Assembly (NCBI GenBank): GCA_002104905.1
Contig: MCFE01000408.1
Span: forward strand, 1-64,000
DNA length: 64,000 nt
Source of the DNA: Basidiobolus meristosporus CBS 931.73
Taxonomy: Eukaryota; Fungi; Basidiobolomycota
Direction of reading: 5' to 3'
Shown: positions 14,654 to 26,100 of the stretch, piece by piece
Layout: each line of letters opens with the position of its first letter
Position numbering within the stretch: the first letter of the stretch is position 1
Program-made: the position numbers and the translations under genes
Notes under the pieces: model-generated
Told to the model about the DNA's origin: nothing
The model's database searches: none
Seen by the model: only the letters and a program-made list of their open reading frames with translations

Positions 14654-16411
14654 GTGGACTCCTCAGGCTCTCAGTCAAGTAGGCAATTGAGAACCTCTGC
14701 AGAGCCACAAGCTGACCATTATGCTCAGGCAGATGACAGTGTAGGAATTGCAGTACCCTCAGTTGAAGATCAGCAAATGGCCATGATAACATCACCACCA
14801 CCCATATTAGCAAGTATGTTGTCAGCTCATACTAAAGCATTAATGGAGCAATTAGGTGCAGTGGCTGATAGGATGGATGCAATGGCCCAGAGAGTTCAGG
14901 GAGTAGTCCAGAAACAGGATGAGCAGATAATACGTGTAGAGTAATCAACATCCCAGGTAGAGAAAGCAGTTTCTTTGCTGCAAAGAAGGAACTCAAGTAG
15001 CCCAATGTCACAGCCAAGAATTGAGCCATTTTCCAAGGTAACAGCAAAGGAACACTGTACAGTCTTTGAAGCACAACAACAGTGCCCAAAGATAAAGCCT
15101 ACAGAAAAACCTATCACAGCATTGGAGGGAGACAATGTGGTGTTTATACCAAAGCCTAAAAATCATAAGACGTTGAAGATCCATGAAGCCGTTGAGTGCA
15201 ATAATGAAGAGTGGGCTAATATACAAGAGGCTGTCAGAAGTTTAGCATGCCATCACCTTGAGGCCAGCATACCATGGGACCAACAGGAACTCAAGGCCAA
15301 GCAGAATGCACCTGACTTGTTCTGTGAGCATTATCCTGGATTCAAACAGGCCAATGGATTTTTGGCCAGCATTGGTATGCTAAGAAAGTATATTAAGAGT
15401 AGCAGAAACTATCAAAGGCAGAAGAACAAGGGTGCCATAGCTAAAAACCAGCGGCTTCCTCAAGAGCCCATCACAGCAGGGCCAAAAGCTCTAGACAAGC
15501 ATCAAAGAGACACCAGGCAGCTGGAAGAGTGCCAATTAAGGACTAGCAGGCAGACATGGATGCACCAGCACAACATTTATCAAGGAAAAAGTGTAGTACC
15601 ACTCAAGAAGCGCCCAGTCAAAGTAGCAGTGAAGGACCTGGCAGTGATAAAAACCAGCCACTTTTACAGGAGCCTGTCACAACTACAGTTGAGAGCTCAA
15701 TACAAGCTGAAAAGAAACAACAGGTTGCCAGAAGAGTGCCAGCAAGGGACAAGCAGGCCAAAACAGATGCGTCAGAGCAGAATTTATCCAGGAGAAAATG
15801 TAGTTCTTTACAAGAAGCACTCAGACAAAGTAGCAGTGAAAGACCTGGCAGTGATAAAGGAAAAGATAAAGGGAAAAATGTCTACTCAAGCCTGAGACAG
15901 GGAGGCATGCAAAAAAATCTGCAGTTCTTGCCAATTAATGCTGCAAGCCAGGAAGAACTGAATCCCATCATAGCCAAGAAGTATTACCAACAAGAAAACA
16001 GCTGTTTTCACAAGAGTTGGAAGCGCAGCCAGATAAGCTACAATCTAGCAAGGTAGATGAGTTTGCTGAAAAAGGCAATTTGTCTACCACAGCCTCCATT
16101 GTTGACAGAGTGGAGATCCCACTTACAGACAAGGCTACAATGTCAAGAGCTTAAAAGACTATAACAATGCCTTCAGTGGAGTTTTGGAACATTAATAGGC
16201 ACACCAAGAGGATGCAGCACTTCTTCAAGAGCAGTGCTCAGAAAATGCACTGGAATATTGCAAGGATTTATTGCAGAGACTGGCAGATGAGGAGCTAGAC
16301 CTTGCAGTGCTGGCTGAAGACCAGGACATGTGGGAACCGGTGAATGAATAGTGGCATAAAGCCATTGGGTTCCTGCCAAAGCTGTGGAACCAGAGAGTTA
16401 CAGAAGAAATA
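14654..16411 (+). pseudogene. Accessory gene of the CACTA-like element, copy 2 (frameshifted; remnant continues ~17660-17900)
   Basis: Overlapping ORFs 14654-14944, 14975-15895 and 15556-16056; homologous to 2211-3101 and 22350-23168 on the minus strand; lies between the element's TIRs, divergent from the transposase. Confidence 0.7.
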
Positions 16412-16560
16412 CTTATTGAGTGGTGGATTTTAATGGAGTTACTTGTTGAGTGTGGGGTTGGGCTCAATGTTAGTGTAGAGTTTAGAGACTTGTATAGGTC
16501 AATACAATTGGCAATTGAGGTACAACTGAAGCTTCAACAGAAATAAATCAATATGTACAC

Positions 16561-17508
16561 TGTAGTGAGGCCACAGTGACACCCACAGGCAGATGTGCTC
16601 ATTCCCATACGTTCACTTCCCTAAAAAGGACTACCCCCCCCTATATCAGTATCATCCCAAATTGCAATATTTTCTATTGTGTCCATGTGATTATTACTAT
16701 GCAACCTGACAAACTATTTGTCACTATTAACCCATTGCACAAGCTATTCCTATTCCTTGCCAAGATGCCAAGATAAGATAGTTACCATATAAGGAAAGTA
16801 CCCCCAACAGTTCCCATGTCATGTGACCATCTTGGTTTCATAAACCTTCTATCCTACTACCATAGGAGTCAACTACATGACACAGGGGTTTCATATTACC
16901 ACTATCTGATTGGCTAGATGCTACTATGTCTCATGGAACAATCCGCCAAGAATTTGCGCTATTTTTAGTACACAATGACATGATTGGCTGTCTGCTACCT
17001 TCTGGAAACTTCCGGAAAGTATTTTCTAACAAGAATTTGAGCCGCAAAAAAAAGTATATAAGGGAGGCTATCCCTTGAAATAAATCATCCCTCTTCCAAT
17101 ATTCCAACTTATTGATTAGTGAGACCACCGCAGCCTATTACCACTATTTTCTGACTCAGACCTGACAATACTGCCAGGAAACTGCGCTGACAGCCAACTG
17201 ACCTTGGAGGCACTACTTGTGAGGAATACTCAGAGTAGGTATATTTTATTATATTTGATTGTTTTCCCAAGTTTGTTCTTGTACAGGCAAAGATACTTTT
17301 CAGTCTTTGTGACTATTGGTCAAAGCTGCATACTTATCAAGTCCCTGTTGGTGGAGTTTACAGTTGGTTTGACTTTGGAAGCTTTAGTACACTGTCATCT
17401 CAAAGGATGTTGAAGCCATTATAAACTTTTGTTAAGACACCAACTAAGCTGGGGATTGTAGCTCAATAGTTTTCCCTTGACAAGCTTGAGGCTTTATCCC
17501 CCTTCACA
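16561..17508 (+). repeat. Putative LTR of a further, unclassified retroelement
   Basis: Interrupts the accessory gene (homology to 22560-22620 breaks at ~16411 and resumes ~17660); TGTAGTG...CTTCACA ends, TATA-like GTATATAAGGG at ~17053, GGGGAT...ATCCCC hairpin near the 3' end. No TSD or partner found. Confidence 0.35.
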
Positions 17509-20079
17509 TTAGCTTAGACAAAAGACCCAGTATTCCTAGCAAGCTTTTGCCAGAGGTTATTGCACCCAGTGAACACCCCACACACATTCACGCTTAAGAA
17601 GTGTTGGCCATATTTTGCCCTTTGGACTTATACACCAACACAATGCATGAAAAGTAAGGGAAATGGTTGAGTCAGGAAGTTAGGAGTGTGAAAAAGAGGC
17701 AATAGCCAATCAATTCACAAAAACATAGGAGGCAATAGAGTGTCCAGGGTCAGAAAGTGAGCAAATAGGCAGGGAATCAATCAAAAGCCACTGATACATC
17801 ATTGTGATGAAAAATTTTGACAAAGTTTTTTGTGAAATCTGGGGTGCAATTATTTTTCAATGGTCTCTGGACAGTGTCCTGACAAGATTGGTACCTCTTA
17901 GTCATGGGACATTAGCTTTGTGATGGCCTTTTGAAGGGATCATCTCAATAATTTTTCATAGGGAGGGTGAAGCTAGAAGACATCCCTAAGTCAGCATTCA
18001 GGACCAGATATGGACATTACAAGTACTGAGTCATGAGTTTTGGCCTCACCAATGCCCCTGCAACATTCATGACCCTGATGCAGACTGTCTTCCAGGAGTA
18101 CTTAGGCAAGTTTGTGATAATCTACTTAGATGATATATTGGTATACAGCAAGACAGAAGAGGATCACTTGGTGCACATTGAAAGGTCTTGAAGAAGCTAA
18201 GAGAGAACAAGCTTTATGGCAAGCTACCTAAGTGTGAACTCTTTAAGGAACATGTTGAATATCTGAGACACATAGTGACTAGCGCAGGAGTAAACTTAGC
18301 CCCTAAGAAGGTTGAAGTTATCAAGAATCTGAAGCAGCCCCATAGCATGTCAGAGATCAGATCATTCCTTGGAATGGTTTCCTATTATTGTAGATTTGTC
18401 AAGTACTTTGCAAGTATTGCAGCCCCATTAACTGATATCCTCAAGAAAGACAATACCTGCAAGTAAGACATAACTTGTGAGACTGCCTTCCAGATGCTCA
18501 AGAATGAACTTGCTAAGCTGTCAAGCTTAAGAATAGCTGACTTCAGAAAAGAGCTTACTGTTTGCACATATGCTTCAGAATATGCACTTGGTGGAGTACT
18601 GAGCCAAGAATTCGAGGGAAACAACTACCCAGCTGCTTTTGAGTCCAAGAAACTGAACTCAGCAGAACAAAACTATCCAGTTCATGAGAAGGAGATGCTT
18701 GCCTTAATACACTGCTTGAAGACCTGGAGATGCTACATTGAACAAGTCAAGTGCACAGAGAAGACTGACCATGCCTCACACAAGTATATATTTACTCAGA
18801 AGGTACCCACCACAGAACAACAAGATGGAGTGAATACATTCAGCAATTTGACTTGGAGATTGTCTACTGCCCTGAGAAAAACATCACAGTTGCTGATGCC
18901 TTATCAAGACTAGAACAAGTTGCACAACCCAAGTTGGTGCATAAATCAGATTGTCCTAGCCTATTACCAAAATACTTGGAGGACCAGGCCATTCCTAATG
19001 ATGTGGACAAAGAGATCAAGAAGATAATCCAGGATGAAGCCAGCAAGTTTGTAGTACAGGAGGAAATGTGCTATCAAACTGTTGATCCAAGCCCTTTGTT
19101 GCTTACCTGGATTTAATAAATAAGCTACACATTTGATGTGGACATCTTGAAAATGAAGGAACCTATAGCCTTATGAAAGCCAGAGCATGGTGGCCAAGAA
19201 TGAAACAAGATATTGAGTAGCTAGTGAAAACATGCCCAAATTGCCAAATCAACCATGACCAACCACTGAGAATTGCTGAACTCTTTCCCTTGGAGTCTCA
19301 GAAACCATTTGAGATATGGGGAATTGACTTCATTGGACAACTACCAACCACCAGGAAATGTAACCATTGGCTCCTAGTAGCAATTGACCATGCCACTAAA
19401 TGGCCAGTGGCTAGAGCAGTACCTGTAGCCAGTAAGCAAGTAGTTGCATGTTTCATCTACCATGAGATTCTTGTGAAGTTTGAATGCCCTCTAGTGATTT
19501 ATTCAATAGAGTAGTAAACTCTTTGGCAAAGTTGTTGCAAGCTTACCTGGAAATGCAGCAGATCAAATGCTTAAAACCTCAGTATATCACTCTATAACTA
19601 ATGTGGTCACTGGGTGGTTTAATGGATTATTTAGAAAAATGCTGACCATATATGCAAATGGAGCTGTCAGTAGATGTGATGAGTATATAGACCAAGAATC
19701 TTTTGCCTGCAGAGTTAGAATGCACAACACCACCCAACAATTGCCAGTTTACATAGTATTTGGATGTGAACCAGGGATTCCTGGAGATCTCATGCAATCA
19801 AAACTTTCACACACCTTAGAAGATGAGCACAGTCAGCCAAGTAGACACCAGCAACTGGGACAAAGACATCAAGAGGCACAGGTCAAAGTATCTTAGAGTG
19901 CGGAAAAGATGAAGCAGAGATTTGATAAGACTATATCACCAGAAGCATTGATAGTTGGGAACTTTGTATTACTGTGAGACAACACTTGAAAGAAGTTTAA
20001 GCCACAACAGAAAGGACCATTCAAGATCATCAGAGAGTGTCCATTAGCAACTTACCAACTTGTGGACAAACAAGGGACT

Positions 20080-20448
20080 TGTTGAAATATTGGACTATCT
20101 GGTATCATTCAGCAGCTAAGAATTTACTTAACAATTCTGAACTAGTCTTGGTCACTGTGAAACTAACTTACAGCCCCAACTTTGCCAGTTTCTTCAGATC
20201 TATGATCCTATGATTATTCTCCTATAGTCAAGTTCAAACTAACACTTTTACCTAACATTATGTACTAACCCTGTAACTGTTACAAAATACTCCTGAATGT
20301 TGAGAAACCCTCCCCACTTGGTGTTACAGCTGTATTATTTCTGCAAAGGTAGAAATCCTGACCCCCTTTATGAATAAACAACAGTTCAACTATTATCACT
20401 ATTTCATGAAAGGTTTTTTTTATCCAAATCACCTCTTGAATTGCAACA
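20080..20448 (+). repeat. Solo LTR of copia family B inserted in the gypsy B integrase C-terminus
   Basis: TGTTG...GCAACA, 369 bp, reverse complement of the B1/B2 LTRs; TSD GGACT/GGAAT (1 mismatch); removal restores LVDKQG-IWEDYVHGDKLK. Confidence 0.88.
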
Positions 20449-22246
20449 GGAATATATGGGAAGATTATGTTCATGGAGACAAACTCAAGCTTGCTAGACT
20501 TGTTGACAAACTGAACCATCAAGATATTGGAATCATAAGAAAAGAGATTTAGGAGAACCCTCTCAACTTTAGTAGGGGAGAATGTTATGACATACCGCTT
20601 GAATGTTTAAGTTAGCTCAATCTAGCTAAATCAATTAGTGGTATGCTTAGCCTATCAGTATATAATGTTATCTATCAAATCAGTAGCATTAGTAAGCAAA
20701 TGAATCAGCAGATACTTCTCAGACAGAAATAGATATCTTGAATAGGCTCTTTGGGGTGATTGTGATGCAATCAAATGAGTCATCAGCCATGATCCACTAT
20801 AGGAAATACAATTAGTCAGCATTGATCAGGCAAGATGTGTATGAAGAACTGCTGGAACCTCAATAAAAATCAGTTCAAGTTTTAGTAAGTACAATACTAG
20901 CTATCTCTCTATTCCTCTACAACTCTTATGCCAAGACTTGTAACATATAACATGTGGGAGTTTCTACAATTGCATTAGTTTTCTTATGCATTTTGTATAA
21001 GGCCAGGCTGATGCCAAAACACTTATGGATCATCTGCAATATTGGTGCAGCTATTTGATTTGTTTTGCAGCTACTCAACTAATGGTATGCTAGCTGTGAC
21101 ACCTTGTCCAATCACTAAGAAGTGGGATTTACCAGCTGTATAGCCAAATTGGGATATTTAATGACAAATCAGATAGCTTGTGCATTGGTTAATGCGTCAA
21201 TTGGGAGCTCAAAGCTTCAGCATACTGTATCAAAGTACTATGGGCACCCTGGTTAAAAAGGGCTCATAATAGAACTGCCATGATTTTGTGGCGCAAAATT
21301 GGACTTGCATTTCCTGAATATCTATATCTTACCACACGGTAGCACTTTTGGGACTGTCTCTGCTAATGGTGGTTAGAATAAGGTTCTTTAGTTTACTATT
21401 TCTCCAAGGTGAGATTTTTTTGCCTAGTAGTAACTCTACCAGTATAAGCTTGGCTACATCTAATGAAGGTAATGCCAACAATATGAGCACTTTAGGTCTT
21501 ATGCTCATGCTGGAGACTGTTAGGCAAGTAGGTAACTAATAAGTATACATTCCAATTTGTTAACTGTGGGGTTCAGGCAGATAGGATGTGGTGGATGCAC
21601 TACCTTGCATTTAGTCCTGTGAAAGATATTTTGGTCCTGTTGGTGGATCTATATCAGATATTGAAAATTGCTACTCTTGTAAAAATCAAAATTTAACAGA
21701 TACTACAACATCTTTATACAGGCCTTTTGTGAATCTTATAGGGTCAGAAGCAGAAGCAGTCTTCTATATCTATCACCAAAAATGTAGCACAATATTACAT
21801 CTGTTCAGTCAGCTCAGCAATGAGGGTTCCAGAAGCAGTAAAGGAAATGATAATAAAAAAAAGCCCACCCAAGCTGAAGACAGGGTAGTGAAAAGAAAAG
21901 GCTGCAGTGCTTGGCAATAAATGCCATCTGCCAAGAAGGATTATGAATACAATACCTGCCATTCTTAAAAGATATTTAAGTGGAACCAGTCAAACTATGC
22001 TACACAAAACTGATGAACATTTGGAGAAAGGCACTTCTTCTGTCACAGTCTCTATATTCTCTGCTGACAACCAAAGGTAGCTTCTGTCAGTGAGTAAACC
22101 TACATTGTCAGAAAGCTGTATAGTCAACATGGTGTCTACAGTGGAAGCTTGAAAGCATTTTGTATACCAAGAGGTTTGAGTACCATTTCCAGAGTAGCAG
22201 CAAAGAGAATATAAATGCATGCAGCAAGGACCTATTGCAAAGACTG

Positions 22247-23168
22247 CCCTATGAAGAATTATTGTGATGATCCCATCAAAAGGCTGTCACAAAGCTGAAG
22301 TTCTGTGACTAAGAGGTATCAATCCTATTTGGATGCAATAAAAGGACCATTAGAAAATAATTGCACCCCAGATTTCACAAAAAACTAGGTCAACATTGTT
22401 TATCACAATAACACATAAGTGGCTTTTGATTGAATCCCTGCTAATTCTTTTACTTTCTGGCCCCAGACATTCAATCACCTTGTATATATGTGTATACTCA
22501 CTGGCTGTTGCCTCTCCTTCACGTTCTTTACTTATTGACTCAACCAATTCTTGTATTTCTGCTCTGACTCACCTTTTCCATGACTTTGGCAGAAATCCTG
22601 CAGCTTTATGCTACTGCTCTTACACAGGTTCCCATAGGTCCTGATCCTCAGCCAGCACTGCATGGTATAACACCTGATATGGCAATATTCAAGTCTGCTA
22701 ACTTGTGGACTGCTCTCAAAGAAGTGCTGCAACCTCTTGGTGTGCCTATTAATGTTCCAAACTTCACTGTAGGCGTTGTGATAGTCTTATGAGTTCTTGA
22801 TATTGTTGCTTTATATGTCAGTAGGACCTCTGCTCTTTCTACAATGGAGGATGTGGAGGCAATTGTAGACAAGCTACTTTTCTCTGCTCCTGGGCTACTG
22901 AGCTCTGTGTCCTCCTTGATGAATGCTGCAGCAATGTATCTGTTTCTACCTGCCTGTCCCTTGGTGGAACTCTTCTGGTTACCTGATATTTCATTGATGC
23001 TTGTTTGGAGTTTTGAGCCTTGATTGTGAGAAGCTCTTGAGGAAGCTGCTGGCTTTTAGCCATGGCACCCATATATCTCTGCTTTTCATAGCTTCTGCTA
23101 TTCTTGAGATATCATCTTCTCATTCCAATGCTGTCCCAAACTCCACTTGCTTACTTGAATCCAGGATA
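22247..23168 (-). mobile_element. Terminal fragment of a third CACTA-like copy (TIR plus accessory-gene 3' part)
   Basis: Begins CCCTATGAAGAATTATTG, the reverse complement of the 17910-17963 terminus; continues as the reverse complement of 17660-17900 and 15400-16400; cut by copia B2. Confidence 0.8.
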
Positions 23169-26100
23169 TGTTGCAATTTACAAGGTAATTTATATATAAG
23201 GAGCTTATCAAGAAATAGTGACAATAGTTGAACTGTTGTTTATTCATAAGGAGGCTCAATATTGATACTGTTGTAGAAGTAATAAAACTGTAACACCAAG
23301 TAAGGAGAGCTTCTCAATCCTCAGGAGCATTCTGTAATAGTGTCAGGGTTAGTACATAATGCTTGGTAAAAGTGCTTATTTGATCTTAAATATAAGGGAG
23401 TAATCATATGATTGTACATCTGAGGAAAGTGGGAAAGTTAGGATTGTAAGTTAGTCCTAGAGTGACCAATACTAGTCCAAAATTGTAAAGTACATTTTTA
23501 ACTGCTGAATGATATCAAATAGTGAAATAACTCAACACTCCCCCTCAGATAAATAGTTTCTTAATCCTGATTCTTTTCTGAGATTCTCAAACTGAGGTAT
23601 AGCTAGTGGTTCTGTCAATAGACTTGTTCCATCATTCCAGCTGATCATAGTGCCAATAGTGCCATAGCATGCCAGATGGTGCCTGATCATGCCACAGAGT
23701 GCCAGATGGTGCCATACAGTGCCAATTTGGGATCAAAATTGACATGCATATGACCCTAAAATATCAAATTAATAACAAAATATACAGCACTCTCTGGCAC
23801 TATGATCAATGGCACAATGGAACAAGTCTAATATATCTGCCCCCATTTTGTCAGTTGGACAGTAAACTAACTCTATCAAGTTATTTTCTACAGCATCCCT
23901 CACAGAGAGGTGTTGTATATCTATGTGCTTAGTTCTGTCATAGTTAGTGGGATTCCTAGCTAGTGAAATACAACTTTGATTATTCTTGTAAATACATGTT
24001 GGTTTATCTGAATTAATACCCAAGTCTTTGAATGACCTTTATAGCCATTTAGCCTCCTTAGTTGCTTGACAAGCAGCTCTATACTCAGCTTCAGTTATAG
24101 ATAGAGCCATAGTTAGTTGTTTCTTGCAAATCCAAGAAATAGCTGCCCCTGCATAAGTTTTGCCTATTAACTGCTCCATAATATTCAAGAAACACATTTA
24201 AGGTACCCTGAAGATATTTGAAAATCCACTTAACGGCTGTAATTTGATCTGATCAATGATTTTGCATGAGTTGACTCACTATTACAACTGCCACTGCAAT
24301 AAATGGGCATGTAGACACCATCAAGTACATTAGGCCACAGACCATTGATTGATAAGGAAAACTTTTGCTAATATTTGAGCCGTGTTTACCTACAACTGGC
24401 AGAGATTTGCTCAGTTTCAGGTTATTGTCCATGGGGGTGTCTGCAGATGCCAAATTTCAGTTCAATTCCAATAAAATGGCTCAATTTTCCAAGATCTTTC
24501 ATCTCAAACTTGCTGAAGAGATCTGAACTTGTCCGTTTAAGTGCCTCCTGGCCACTTGTAGATACTATTAGGTTATCCACATAAAAAACTAGGATGATCA
24601 AACCCTTTTTAGCTGTTTCATATATATAATATGATCTGCAGTGCTACAAATGCACCCAATCTTGTCTAGATATGTGTCAATCTTGTTGTACCATGCTCTA
24701 GGTGCCTGCTTAAGCCAATACAATGGTTTCCTAAGTCTGCACACCCTGTGGGGACCTTTTGGATTGGTAATACTTTCCAGTTGCTCCATATATCTAGTTT
24801 CTTGCAGATCCCCATTTAGAAAGGTTATTTTGACTTCCAATTGGTGTAGATCTAGCCTGCATACAGCTGCCAGGGCTAGAACTGTCCCACTAAAGTTAAA
24901 CTTGGCAACCAGAGCAAATGCTTTGTTAAAGTACAGTCCCCAGATTTGGGAATAGCCTCTAGCCACCAATCTAGCCTTGTACATATCAATGGCACCATTT
25001 GAGGTTATCTTAATCTTGTAGACCCATCCACATCCTATTGGCTTTCTCCCACTTGATGAATCTACAGTCCCCATGTTTTGCACTGATCAGTGATTGGTAT
25101 TCCTCCAGCATGACTTGTTGCCACATTGTAGCATCTGGGCTTTGCATTGCCTGTTCCAGATTCTGAGGTTTGGCATAAAAGGCAAGATGAGCTGCTTCAT
25201 GACCACTGGATATGTGCCACCAGGATCCAGGGGCATTTTGTATTCTGGTAGTTCTTCCAACTGAGATAATCTGCTCTGATCTGGAACTGGTGGAATTATC
25301 CACTGTATCTGGCTGAACTAGGTATGTATCTTCTTCATCAGTGTTGATTGCATCATCAGGCCGCTTGCTATTGACTACAGTACCTTTCTGATCTGAATTC
25401 TCCTCATATAAAACATCCCTGCTCTTGATCAGCTTCTGAGTTTTGCCATCATACACCCTGTACCCTTTAGTATCATCACAATTCCCAAAATATCCTTTTT
25501 CTACTCTTTGGTTCCAACTGTGACAATTGTTTGTCAGGGATGTGATAAAAAGCATTACTTCCAAAGTTCTGGAGGTGCAGGAGGTCTGGTTTTTTGCTTG
25601 TGTATGCTTCAAAGATTGCAGAGTCATGTGGTGCTGTTGTTGGGTGTTGATTCATGGTGTATACCACCATAGCAGCAGATTCAGCCCAAAACCTGTAGTG
25701 TATCCCCATATCATATAGCATGGACCTTGTCATCTCTACTATGGCTCAATTAGCATGTTTTGCTACTCCATTTTGCTGTGGAGTATGTGGAACAGTGGTT
25801 TGTTGAAGTATACCAGTAGAAGAGCAGTATTTTGTCAACTCCTTTCAGTAGTATACCCCTCCATTGTCAATTCAAAGTACCTTCAATTTAAACCCAGTTT
25901 GTGCTTCCACCATGTTCTTGAAGTGCTTAAATGTCTCCAATGCCTCATCCTTTGTCTTGAGGCGGTAAACCCATATATATCTTGTGTTGTCATCAATAAA
26001 CATCATAAAGTATCTCTTGGCTCCAAAAGACAGTGTTCTCATGGGCCCACATATGTCTGAGTGCACAATAGCCAGTATTTTGGTGGTGTTGATGCCTCCT

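Larger units (their letters stand above)
12582..17963. mobile_element. CACTA/EnSpm-superfamily DNA transposon with CCC termini, inserted in gypsy B RT
   Basis: TIRs CCCTATGAAAAATAATT / AATAATTTTTCATAGGG; 3-bp TSD AGG (12579-81, 17964-66); removing it restores RT frame H-I-R-V-K-L-E-D-I-P-K; contains a minus-strand transposase remnant and a plus-strand accessory gene. Confidence 0.88.
10459..20945 (+). mobile_element. Ty3/gypsy family B element, degenerate, interrupted by nested insertions
   Basis: Truncated 5' LTR ~10459-10643; gag from 10702 (broken, with [14 protein letters not shown] zinc knuckle); protease/RT in ORF 11409-12596 (MCIDYRALN); RT resumes at 17964 (RVKLEDIPKSAFRTRYG); RNase H, integrase (WGIDFIG), GPY/F-like VHGDKLK; PPT AGTAGGGGAGAA then 3' LTR 20583-20945 (TGTTA...TAACA). 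Confidence 0.9.

Noticed and set aside
16561-16567. TGTAGTG as the right TIR of a canonical CACTA element
   Set aside because: No matching CACTA left end or 3-bp TSD; the real element ends are CCCTATG, and this site fits an LTR start better.
23640-23815. Short GTGCCA/TGGCAC repeats resembling a CRISPR or satellite array
   Set aside because: Irregular spacing, 6-7 bp units, enclosed by TIRs and a TSD: subterminal repeats of a MITE in a eukaryotic genome.
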